A stretch of 64,000 bases of DNA, from positions 105,028,001 through 105,092,000 of the forward strand of contig OZ024741.1 in assembly GCA_964016885.1 (NCBI GenBank), read 5' to 3'. This document shows positions 37,297 to 49,343 of the stretch, one piece after another (the stretch's first letter is position 1; every line of letters starts with the position of its first letter). The notes beneath the pieces were generated by a model. The model saw only the letters and a list, made by a program, of their open reading frames with translations, searched no databases and was not told where the DNA came from. This stretch comes from Eledone cirrhosa. Its lineage: Eukaryota. The translations under genes and the position numbers were made by a program.

Positions 37297-40200
37297 TCAG
37301 ACCATTCTCGCTACATTCACCCACCTTTCAACAAACTTGCTAGAAAGCAGCACTTGCCTCACCACCCTGATTTTCCTCTTCAAGTGAAACTTGAAAAAGT
37401 TAATTAGGGATTCGCCGAAGAGGAAAGTGTTTGTCTTTAATCCTTTTAACCTTGTCCACCACACAATCTCTTTCGCCATGGCCACCAGGCAGATGAAAAC
37501 CGCCTGCCCTTCCTCCTCAAAGGAAGACGGCGAGACCATCTGCACAATGGACTCAGTCGACAACCGGTGACAGCAACTGTTCGACATAGCTCCACAAGTC
37601 AGCAATGCTCGGGCACTGAACGAGTGCGTGCACAACGGTTTCGTCGCTATGCGCGCATCTCGGACAGGCTCGGCTGACGGCACTTCCGTGCCTGTAGAGC
37701 TTATCTCGAACCGGCAGGGCTCCCCGGTAGCACTGCCAGGCCAGGGATTTTTGTAAGTTATCCATAGGCCCCGGGCTAAAAGTTCTCCGCATGAGAGCAA
37801 ACAGCTGATCTTCTTCGACGCCCAGGATCTCTCCGAAGAATGTCGTCGCTCTTCCCCTCCACTAGTCCTCTATAGAACGCCAAGGTAGAGTTTCCACCGA
37901 TCACATTGCCCGATTGGTCGAGGGCTGTGAGAGCCTGAAGACATTCCAGTCTCCAAGCGCTATCCCTCGGTCTTTTTCTGACCCAGGACTGCAGCTCCGT
38001 CAAGGAGACGAGCTGTGGGAAAATGTGCCTGGCGAACGGCGACCACACCCGTTCACCATCAAGGAAGCACCAGAGATGTCGCAGCGCATGTTTGCGCATC
38101 ATCAGGCACTGCATGCCTAGTCCTCCACGCAACGGGTGTTGACAGCAGATGGATCGTCTGACCATGGGAGCGCGTCCCTTCCACAAAAAGCGGAAGAGGA
38201 GGCGCTCCATTTTGGTGAGAGTTGGGCTGGAGCAAGGGACGACGGTGAGGCGGTAGCAGATGACGGATGCGATGTACGCATTCGCCACTTCCGCCCGGCC
38301 TTTCAGGGACAGCTTCCTCTCAGCCGATTTCTGGGTGAGGGAGGCCACCCTGCTCGTCACCTCGTTCCAGTTTTTCTCCATCTGGAGGTCCGGTCCGAAC
38401 CAGACCCCGAGCAATTTAACCGGTCCGTCCGTCCAACGCCCCACGACGCTGTCGGACGGCATGGACTTGCCTCTCCAGGTGCCTAGCTGCAAGCCCACCG
38501 ACTTTTCCTGGTTTATTTTGCTCCTGTCACCGTTTCGTATTCCTTGAGAGCGGTGCCGAGCATCTGGACGTGTCTGGTGCTCGACACCACCACGGTGACG
38601 TCGTCAGCGTAAGCCGACTCGGATTTCCCGCATCCTAGTTCGCGTGGGACGCCCCTCATCGCCCCCAGTTTGTGCAGTAACGGCTCGAGAGCCAATACGT
38701 ACAAGAGGGACGAGAGGGGACAACCCTGGCGGACTGAGCGCATGATGCTGAACGGCTGCGACAGGTGACCATTCACCCTCACAACTGAGCAGATGTCGCT
38801 GTACATTGCTGCGATCCAACGCCTGAAAAGGGGCCCGAAACCGGCTGCCTCGAGGACCGCCGCCAGGTACCGATGGTCGACCCTATCGAATGCTTTGGAT
38901 TGATCCAAGTTGATCAGGGCCCCACCCTTGCCAGGTTCCTTAACCACCCTCTCTATGATGTATCGCATGAGGTGGAGGTTGTCGTATATGGATCTGTCCG
39001 GAATGGCGCTTGTCTGCGCCTCTCCCACCAGACCCTTGGCGACAAGCGCCAACCTCGTTGCTAACACCTTGGCCAAAATCTTAAACTCTGCGTTTAGCAG
39101 GGTTATGGGCCTGAAATTATCAATAACATCCCCTTGTTCGGGTCTTTTCTCAGCAGCGCCAGTGCTCCCCGGCTCACAAAACTGGGAATGCTCCCGTTCT
39201 GCTGCCAGTTGCAGTAGACGTCTGCCAAGAGGTCACCGAACAAGTCTGGCATAAATGCATAAAGCACGTACGGCAGACCATCTAAACCTGGCGATTTACC
39301 TCTTGTGCAGTTAGCCATCGCTTCCCGTATTTCACCGGCTGTTATTGGCTTTTCGCAACACTGTGCTGCGGTCGTTGAGAGCCGAGGCAGTCCGTCGAGG
39401 TATGCACTGAAGTCCATGCCCCGATCCGGGCCGCCGCCCCTCCCGAACAGTTCAGCAAAGTGCTGCTGAAAGCTTCACACATCCGCTCGGGTTCGAGCAT
39501 CACGCACCCGTTTTGGTCAGACAAAGACCGAATTGTGGCTTTATTTCCACGTCGCGCCTCTGCCACCCGGGCCCATTGGACGGCTTTTGTCCCCTCGTGT
39601 TTCAGAGCACGCGCTCTAGCTCTGACAACGCAGCCTTCGTGTTTTGCGTTGAAGAATTGGTCGAGTGCCAATCTCGCCGCAAGCACGTCGGTTGCGATGC
39701 CTGTCCTAAACGCCTCTTCTAGCTTTCTGACTAGCTCTCCCTCTACTCTATTTTCCTCTATCACTACTCCTTTGCTAAACCTAATCGACTCTACTTTAAT
39801 TGCCCTTTTCAGGGCGAACCACCACCTGTTGTTGACGACCGCTCCCGTCAACGCCCGCTTAACTAATACGCTAATCCGGTCTCTGTAGGCCTTGCGCGCC
39901 GGGAAAGACGCGTTCAGCTTCCAGTAACCAGGCCCTTGTCTATGAAGTCTGTCTATGTCGATCTCACAGATCACAAATTTGTGGTCTGTGTAGTCGACTA
40001 TTCTAAATTGTGGACAACTTATACTAGCCTTATCTAGTTCCCTGCAGAATAACCTATCTAGATACGATCTGGATGACCCGATGCGGTTTGTCCATGTCCA
40101 CATTGGCACATTCGGATGATCCAGTCGATACCTGTCAGACAGTTCAAAACGTCTGAGCAGGTTGGTGAGGCTCTTGCACCCTCCTCCCCTATCCACTAGC

Positions 40201-40660
40201 CCCACACGATCCCAGCGTGCATCCAAGATACCGTTCCAGTCGCCCACTAACACTAAAGAGCGGGACATTCCAAGAAAGGTCTCTAGACGTCTGAAGAAAT
40301 TTGGCCGTCCTGCCCCTGTTGGGGCGTAGACGGCTACTAGCCTGAAAGCATTGCCTTCGCTGCCGGTCACGTCCAGCACCACCGACTTACCTTCTGGGTC
40401 CAGGAAGATGGCCCGTATCGCGAGATCCAAGCCTCTCCGAAAAAGGACGGCAACCCCTCCCCCGATCCTGGACGGCTGGGAGATGCGTATACATCGTAGC
40501 CGCCGAAGATCGGTGCGAAGGCCCGTGCCTCGGAGATTCTGGTTTCACTGATGGCCACCACATCTATGTTTAGTGACCTGAGGTCATTGAGCAGGTGACC
40601 CTGCTTCCAAGATGACCCCAGGCCACGTGCATTTATACTACCTATTCTGAGTACAGCCAT
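37297..40660 (-). pseudogene. Tx1-F ORF2 (APE-RT-CCHC), multiple frameshifts
   Basis: Fragments 40367-40696, 39342-40430, 39103-39417, 38513-39076, 37776-38498, 37553-37792 and 37297-37800 tile the ORF2 protein. Confidence 0.9.
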
Positions 40661-40693
40661 GTTGGATGAGAAACGGGGCAAATGAGAAAGGGT

Positions 40694-42735
40694 CACTTAC
40701 CTTGTTCGTGTAGTGAAGGGACAGTAGAACCGTCCCTTTCGCTGGTCATGGGTGTTTCCAAGAGGATGTCAGTGTATATCCTCTTGGTAACCGTCCCTCT
40801 GAAGTCTCCAACTGCGTTGGGGAATTTTTGTTTTAAAGGTTTGTATTGTTCTAATGAGATTTCGATGATGCTTATGTTTGTCGGGAGAGTTCTTGGTGTT
40901 GGTGGGGTGTAGTAATTTTTTTCCGTGATGTCTGTGTGCTGCTTTATATATTTTATGAGTTCTTTTTTTTGCTATGTTTATGGCTGTGTACTTTTTGGGG
41001 GGAGCAGTGATTTTGTTGCCGTTTTCTTCTTGTTGCTGTTTGGTGTGTGTGTCTTGTTGTGTTTGCGTTGTTGGTGTTTGTGGTGGTGTTGCTGCGAGTT
41101 TCCTTGCTGCCTTTACCCCTCTTTGTATGCCTTCGCTTTTGGAGGGTGAATCTAAGGGTTTTTTGTTTTTTGTTTTTTGTGGCAGACTGTTTGCCACGTC
41201 ACTCCCGCCTCAAACTCCATGTCGGATTCTGTGGCGTCTGGGAGGGGTATGTGCTCTACGGCTGTTGGTGGTGGTAGTGGAGCCCTCTTCGGCAATGTTG
41301 TTGCTGGTGTAGCTATTTCAAATGTAGCTATTGGTGTTGCCGCTACTGATGATGCTGCTTTAGTTATGCGTGGCCTTGGTACGGGTGCTACGAACGTTGC
41401 CCTCCTACTCACCGTGGAAGAGGCTTCTTCGTTTGTTGCCTGTCCTGCTCTTGGTAGCAGCGGACCAGGTATTTGAAGGAGAGGGGCCCTCTTCGGTGTC
41501 TTCTGCGGGCAAAAGGCCCTGAGGTGACCTTTCGACCCACAGAGATAACATTTTGGCCGTCTTCCTTCTACACTTATAGGGAGTTGGAGTCCTTCCTCAA
41601 AGTCTATGATATCGGGGATAGCCTCGATACATTCTTGGTCAGTTTGTATAAGCATTTGCATGCCTATACCTGACCAGTTCTCTCTCCCTATTTTTTCTAC
41701 TTGCAGCATGGTCGCCCTGTTCTCAATTCCAGCAAGGACAGACGCGGTCAGCCAAGGTATGGGCACGTCGGCTGGGACCTGGGTCACTTTGACCCTCACA
41801 ATTTTCTGCCCTCAGTAGGAGGGCACCAAGACTAACTCCTCACTCTTTAGGGTTTCCAAAGAGTGAGACTTTGCTTCCTGGGGGGTGGCGAAAAGTACGT
41901 CTACTGTGGCGTACTTTCTGCCTCGGGTAATGTGGGTTTTGCGTGCCCAGACGCACCCCAAGGCCTTTTGGATTTGAGCCTCCGTGGCTCTCTCCACTCG
42001 ATGTGAGATTTTGCTTACGGTGCGGTAAGTCACCGTTCGTAGCTGCTGGTCCTTGAAAAAATCGGGTGGAGATTTCAGGGAAACTCTATTTGCGCTTCTT
42101 GTTACCATGGCCCTTGTGACTGCCATCTCCTCCTCTGTGACTAACACTGTCTCGATATTTCGGGCGACACCTGCAAAAGAAGTGGTCCCTTTTTCAGCAG
42201 CACCACTATTGCTGCCGCTACTGGTCTTACTGGTGGTGCTGAGGTCGCTATTACAGGTATCGGTGTCATTGTTGTTTTCGCTGGTACAGTTGTTGGTGTT
42301 GTTTTCGTTGATACTGTTGCTGCTGTTACTGTTATTGTGGCTGTTGTTATTATTGTTGTTTTTGTTGATACTGTTCCTACTATTATTGTTGTTGTGGCTG
42401 TTGTTATTGTCATTGTTATTGTCGTTCTCGACCTTACCGCTGTTATTTTTGTTATTGTCGTTCTCGACCTTACCGCTGTTATTTTTGTTATTGTCGTTCT
42501 CGACTTTACCGCTGTTATTTGTGGTGTTGTTGTTGGTGATGTTGTTGGTGTTATTGTTGGTGTTGTTTGTGTTAGAAATATTTGTTAATTTTAAATCTGT
42601 AACAATCTTTTTTTCCTTTGTAATATTTTCGTTTATATTTACCTCCGCTGGAAAGCTGTCTTGTTGACATGCTGATAAAGTCTCCCTCTCTCTGTGTTGT
42701 CTGACAGCGCTCTCTCTCTTTTTTGTGTTATCCAT
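40694..42735 (-). pseudogene. Tx1-F ORF1 with a poly-Asn N-terminus and CCHC knuckle CYLCGSKGHLRAFC; nonsense codon at 41812
   Basis: Homology to the other ORF1s; in-frame NNSGKVENDNN repeats. Confidence 0.85.
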
Positions 42736-43379
42736 GTTGAAATTTTTCAAAAAATATTTTTACACAAATACGAATACGACATCCCGTAAAGGGGCGCCGT
42801 ATTATTTACTAGTGAACCCTTGTATAGGTGGGTCACTTCTTCTAAACTTTTATCAAATTTAAAACTTGAATAAAAGGTTTAGAACGATTGAAAAAGAGGT
42901 AAAACGTTGAAAAAGACTGGAGGCGATAAGAAGCGTGGCTTCACCAACCAATAATAATAATAATAATAATAATAAAAATAATTTCACCACCAACACCACC
43001 ACTACTACCACGCTAAAATCTCTAGTCGAGTTACCTCAACTTCTATTTCTACTTCAACTTCAACACCATCACTACAGTACTACGATCACATCACTACCAC
43101 CACTGCCTCATTATCGCTACCGCCGCTATTCTCTCCCACTACCTCCTGCTAAGTACTACTAGCACAGCACCACCACCACCACCACCACCACCACTGCCTC
43201 ATTATCACTACCTCCTGCTAAGACATGCATCGTAGTGTCCCCACTAAAAGAGGAAGGCATCAAAAGATATAAATAGACTGATTTGTCAGACATTCAAACA
43301 TTACATTACAATGAAACTTATGCTTATTCTTTTTTGTTTTGTTTTTTACCTATTTGTTTGTTTGTTTATTTATGTTCGT

Positions 43380-46300
43380 CTACAGCGTGATAGTGCAACA
43401 CAAAAATCACCGGGAGTGATGAAATCACCGGTGGTTATGTAACCATACATTCACCAATCCTCGATAAGAGTGTTTAAATGTCGAACCTAAACAGTTCGAA
43501 TAACGGTGAAGTGGAGACTGGAATGTCATGTGACAGACTCTCACCCAGCAGGTGCTCCCTGGCTCAGCAGCAGGGACCTGGCTGTCAACCAAATACTGCT
43601 GGTGTCGGAGGAATAAGAAGAAGGAAAGGGACCAGAACCAACTGGACGAAAGAATTGAATAGAACTGTTATGCAATGTTACCTGAAGAGTAACCCCAAGG
43701 AGAAAGGCTATAGGAAACGGATGCATCACATCTGGAACGAGATTGGTCTATTTAAATTAGATGAACAAAAATTGGCCGGGCAGGCTCGGGTAATAAGAAC
43801 TAATGGGTGGATAAGCGAGTTGGAACTGGGGGAACTGAGCAGAGAGATTAGGTTGGAAATGGAGAGTGGAGTATGCCAGGCAAACGAGCCAGTGGGAAAT
43901 GGAGGTGAAGAGGTTGAGAGAACGGAGGAAGCATCCGAAGCAGACAATGATCTGAATGCTGAAATAAATAAACCTGGAACAAAGATACGGCCATTGAGGA
44001 GATGAATGCTGACGGGCTAGGACAAGATTTGGTTGATATCCTAAACTTAGTGGTAGATGAATTGAACAATGATAGTGGGAAGCCTATGAACCTAAGATTT
44101 GGTGGAAGAAACGACTGAATGGTCAAATCAGGGAAATGTGAAATGACATTGGAAAGCTTGAGTCCCTGAATGGGACACTAAAAAACATAGACACTAAAAA
44201 TTGACTGGAAATAAAGTACAAAACTAGGAGGAAAAAGCTAAATATTATCATAGAGAAACTGAAGCAACGCATTGTAGCAAAGAGTGCAAAAATCAGGCGA
44301 TACGAGAACAGAGTCAGTCAGTATAAACAGAACCGCATGTTTGACAACAACCAGAAGATGCTGTTTGGACAGCTTGAGGGGAAAGAAAGAGGCAACGTCT
44401 TGATCCCTGGGGCGGAACAAACTAAAACATTCTGGAGAGGAATATGGGAGCAGGATGTTAGACATAATGACCAGGCAGTGTGGATTGAGACAGTGCAGAA
44501 GGAGATCGGTGAACAGGCACACCAACAAACTGATTTGAGTATCACAGTTGAAACTCTTAAGGGGCAGGCCAAAAAACTAACCAACTGGAAATCACCAGGC
44601 CCAGATGGTGTGCAGGGGTATTGGATTAAAAATATAACATCCCTCCACCCGAAACTGACAACCATGTTCAATGACTGCTTTATGCCAGGTGAGGTACCGG
44701 AGTGGTTGACAAAAGGTACCACAGTTCTGGTAATGAAAGACCGAATCAAGGGTAATGATGTTACCAACTAGAGACCTATCACATGTCTCTCCATAATGTG
44801 GAAACTGTTGACAAGCATTATGTCTGAGGAAATCTACCATCACCTCCACACAAACAACTTGTTACCGGGCGAACAGAAAGGATGCCGAAAGAAGACCCGT
44901 GGTACAAAGGACCAGTTACTTATTGATAAGATGGTAATGGGGAATTGCAGGAGGAGACACACTGATCTTGCCATGGGATGGATAGACTACAGAAAGGCAT
45001 TTGACATGGTGCCTCATTCTTGGATCACCAAAATCCTGGAGATCTTCAAGGTGGCAGATAACATCAGACAGTTGTTGGGCAAAAGTATGAGGTCCTGGGA
45101 AACAGAGTTGACATCAACTGGAGAATCCTTGGGAAGCGTGAAGATCAAGAGAGGTATCTTCCAGGGAGATAGTCTGTCCCCTCTGTTGTTTGTCCTTGCC
45201 CTGATGCCCCTGACCAGTGTACTGCGAAATGTGAGAGCAGGATACAGGTTGGGAAAGGGAGGGCTTACCATCAACCACCTCCTCTTCATGGACGATCTTA
45301 AGCTCTTCGGGAAGAGTGAGAAGGAGTTGGATGTGCTTGTTGACACTGTCCGTATTTTCAGCAGTGATATATGTATGCAGTTTGGTATTAGTAAGTGTGG
45401 AGTCATTGTGATGAGGAGGGGTAGGTTGAGCAGAAGTAACGGAATCCAGGTATCAACAGGTGAGATGATAAAGGAAATTGACACTGAAGAAGGATACAAG
45501 TATTTGGGTGTTCTGGAGGCTGATGACATCAAGAACAAAAAAATGAAGGAATTGATAAGATCTGAATACATTCGGAGAGTAAGGAGCGTATTAAAATCAC
45601 ATCTGAACAGTAGGAATGCCATAAGTGCAGTAAATTCCCGAGCTGTGTATATTATTAGGTACAGTGCGGGAATTCTGAGATGGAATGTTGCTGAACAAAA
45701 AGAAATGGATAGGAAGACTAGGAAGCTATTGATTATCTACAACATGTTCCACAAGAGGAGAGATGTCGATAGACTCTACTTAAGGAGATCTGAGGGTGGA
45801 AGAGATCTTATCAGCATAGAGGACTGTGTTCAGATGGAGAAAAACAACCTACACAGATACGTGACTGATAGTAAGGAGCCAATGCTCAGAACTGTACTGA
45901 AGGAGGGGACAATAGGCCAGGGGATGTCCAAGGAAGAAATAACATCGAGAAGAAAGAGCAGCCTTCAGGAAAAATCCCTTCATAGTACCTTCTTTGAGAA
46001 AACTGAATTTAGAGATCCACAGACATGGAACTGGTTAAAAAGAGGAGACCTTAAAAAGGCTACAGAAGGAATGTTAATGGCTGCGCAGGAGCAGGCCCTC
46101 AAAACGAAGTGGTTGAAACACCATATTTACAAGGAGGAGGCTAGCCCACTGTGCAGGATCTGTGGAGAGAGGAGACTGTGGCTCACATTGTATCCGAGTG
46201 TAAACACCTAGCCCAGACTCACTATAAGGGGTGGAGACATGATGTGATGGGCAGGGTGATCCACTGGCACCTATGCAAAGTAAACAATTTACCACATTCT

Positions 46301-46795
46301 GAGAAGTGGTATGAGCATAAGCCAGAGTCGGTGATGGAAAACGATCAGGTGAAGGTGCTGTGGGATTTTAGGATACAGACGGACAAGAAACTTGAACACA
46401 ATAGACCTGACCTGGTGGTTATAGACAAAGAAAAAAATCGTGCCTGATTGTGGATGTGGCCTACCCATTCGACACGTGAGTGCAAGAGAAGGAGAGGGAG
46501 AAAATTAACCGATACCAGGACTTAAAGTGGGAGGTAAAAAGGATTTGGAACTGCCATGAAGTCAAAGTGATCCCGATTGTCATAGGCGCACTAGGGACTA
46601 TCTCAAAAAGTTTCCAGGGATCGTTAAAGAAAATTGGCCCCTTCACGTTTTTTGGAACGCTTCAAAAAGCATGCTTGCTGGGAACAGCAAGAACCCTCCG
46701 ATACTTCCTGAATATCTGAGGCTGCAGGTAGTGGCTTGATATTCATTTCAACAAACTTTCCAGTTAACTAACATCAATGACTGAGGCTCAAAGAG
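43380..46795 (+). mobile_element. Near-full-length R4/Dong-type RLE LINE (second family), degenerate
   Basis: N-terminal R..WTKE.N...M.CY....P...GYRKRM..IW; RT motifs [10 protein letters not shown] and FMDDLK; CRIC...ETVAH..SEC, RHD, NRPD and K...YQDL. It has a long (TAA)n tail at 46796-46882. Confidence 0.9.
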
Positions 46796-46802
46796 TAATA
46801 AC

Positions 46803-46883
<81 letters not shown>

Positions 46884-46886
46884 TAA

Positions 46887-47056
46887 GGCCAGTTACTACA
46901 ACGGTGCCATACCAGGTGCGTACGTTTCGTTAGCCCTGAGAACCAGCTTGTTCAATCCGTGCCGATGAGAATTTTCATCGGCACAGGTTTAACACGCTTG
47001 ACCACAGGGCTAACGAAACGTACGTGCCTAATTTGGTGCCGTTGTAGTAACTGGCC
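46887..47056. mobile_element. 170-bp fold-back MITE flanked by TTAA (PIF/Harbinger- or Kolobok-like)
   Basis: TIRs GGCCAGTTACTACAACGG / CCGTTGTAGTAACTGGCC. The internal sequence is also largely palindromic. TTAA lies at 46883-46886 and 47057-47060. Confidence 0.88.
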
Positions 47057-47215
47057 TTAAAATGATATTCAAACTCGCCCTACGGATTTGAGTTGCTCTA
47101 TACCTTCGATATTTTTACCTACCTATTACTAATATATATATATAGGAAAATGTTCAAGACCCCGACGGCTGAGCTCAACCCATTTCGACGGCGATTTCTG
47201 GACTAAAGTAGATTT

Positions 47216-47264
<49 letters not shown>

Positions 47265-47267
<3 letters not shown>

Positions 47268-49288
47268 TTGCGAGGTTTTTTATATGAAATCGTGTGTCGA
47301 AACAGATATTGTTATATTTGGGGAGGGTCATATTTGCGTAATATTGCCAGAATTAATAACAGAACACACTCACTGTTTGGTTGGTTTTCGCTTCTCGCTG
47401 TCTTTTATATATATATATCTGCGATCTAACTTACTCGGTCCTCAATGTTGCCATTGACTGACCGGCGGTCAAAAATAATACAGATACAATATAGACACAA
47501 ACACATATATATAGTTTACATAATTTACATAAATCTTTCGTTGCACATCTGCAACATCGTCAGTGGTGTTATATTCATTGTTCCTCCTGTTGTGTTGTAT
47601 GTCTACGCCATTTTTTTTTGTTCAGTCTGTCTATATATTTATTTATTTATTTGCTTGTTTGTTTATCTTATTTTATTTTGTCTTCTTTGCGCATGCGTTT
47701 GCGTGTGTGTATAGTGTTATGTGTGATGTGTGACTAGTGTGTATAGTGTTGTGTCTGCTGGGTGACTAGTGTGTGTTTATGTGCTTGTGTATGTATTTGT
47801 TTATCTTATTTTATTTTATTTTATTTACTTATTTATACTTCTCTTAGGTCAGTGTTGTTTGTTTGGGTGTTGTTGTTGTTCCACTCATTCTTTCTGTTTA
47901 GCTTTGGTCTTCTAATTTCTATTTCACTGGCCTCTCTGATTTGCCTATCTGCTGGGTCATTCCTATGTTTAGATATTATTCTAATTTCTATGTTGTCTAT
48001 GTTACCGTCATGTTGTTGTCTAGCATGTTCGTATAGTACAGACCCGTTTTTTCGTCCTTTTAGTTCCCCCCAGTGTTGGTCTATCCTTTCACCTATGCTA
48101 CGAGCTGTCTCACCTATGTATGTTGTTGTCATGTTTCTGCAAGTACCCTCTGTACATCTTATGCTATAGACTACGTTTCTAGTTTTACAGTTTATCCGGG
48201 GGTTCACCTTACATATGATACATTTCCTATTGGTACAGTGGGTTTTCTTAAAAGGGTAGGTTTTGCTGATCAGGGATTTTATGGTGGTTCCTGGCTTTTC
48301 TACCACCTATATTTTTAAGTGGGTCTTTCTCAGGGCCTTTCTACACTGGTTAGCTAATTTCCCTCCAGGGGTGGCGTCCACAAACATGACACTCTGATAT
48401 CTCCGGATAAACTGTAAAACTAGAAACGTAGTCTATAGCATAAGATGTACAGAGGGTACTTGCAGAAACATGACAACAACATACATAGGTGAGACAGCTC
48501 GTAGCATAGGTGAAAGGATAGACCAACACTGGGGGGAACTAAAAGGACGAAAAAACGGGTCTGTACTATACGAACATGCTAGACAACAACATGACGGTAA
48601 CATAGGCAACATAGAAATTAGAATAATATCTAAACATAGGAATGACCCAGAAGATAGGCAAATCAGAGAGGCCAGTGAAATAGAAATTAGAAGACCAAAG
48701 CTAAACAGAAAGAATGAGTGGAACAACAACAACACCCAAACAAACAACACTGACCTAAGAGAAGTATAAATAAGTAAATAAAATTAAATAAAATAAGATA
48801 AACAAATACATACACAAGCACATAAACACACACTAGTCACCCAGCAGACACAACACTATGCACACTAGTCACACATCACACATAACACTATACACACACG
48901 CAAACGCATGCGCAAAGAAGACAAAATAAAATAAGATAAACAAACAAGCAAATAAATAAATAAATATATAGACAGACTGAACAAAAAAAAATGGCGTAGA
49001 CATACAACACAACAGGAGGAACAATGAATATAACACCACTGACGATGTTGCAGATGTGCAACGAAAGATTTATGTAAATTATGTAAACTATATATATGTG
49101 TTTGTGTCTATATTGTATCTGTATTATTTTTGACCGCCGGTCAGTCAATGGCAACATTGAGGACCGAGTAAGTTAGATCGCAGATATATATATATAAAAG
49201 ACAGCGAGAAGCGAAAACCAACCAAACAGTGAGTGTGTTCTGTTATTAATTCTGGCAATATTACGCAAATATGACCCTCCCCAAATAT

Positions 49289-49295
<7 letters not shown>
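47265..49295. mobile_element. Penelope-like element 3' portion (GIY-YIG endonuclease plus pLTR) present as a ~0.9-kb inverted duplication
   Basis: NVVYSIRC...YIGETARSIGERIDQH...REASEI...P.LN at 47833-48306 (-) and 48403-48769 (+). The arms are ~47307-48198 and ~48403-49295. Confidence 0.9.
49036..49083 (+). ncRNA. Hammerhead ribozyme motif in the pLTR (mirror copy at 47519-47566, minus strand)
   Basis: CA-CTGACGA-T-GTTGCA-GATG-TGCAAC-GAAA-GATTTA-TG-TAAATT-A-TG; stem III is imperfect. Confidence 0.65.

Positions 49296-49338
<43 letters not shown>

Positions 49339-49343
<5 letters not shown>

Larger units (their letters stand above)
36177..42949 (-). mobile_element. Near-full-length L1/Tx1-type LINE (copy F), with an insertion in its 3' UTR
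   Basis: ORF1 ~40694-42735 and ORF2 37297-40660, both disrupted. The 3' terminus is at 36177 and (TAA)n lies at both ends. Confidence 0.9.

Noticed and set aside
43400-43440. ATCAC-CGGGA-GTGAT-GAAA-TCACCGGTGG-TT resembling hammerhead stems II and III
   Set aside because: The CUGANGA core is absent (CACAAAA); at best an unrecognisable relic.
45014-45622. Antisense ORFs over LINE coding regions (also 28807-29316, 31568-32206, 42053-42667)
   Set aside because: They are shadow frames of RT or ORF1 sequence without motifs of their own.
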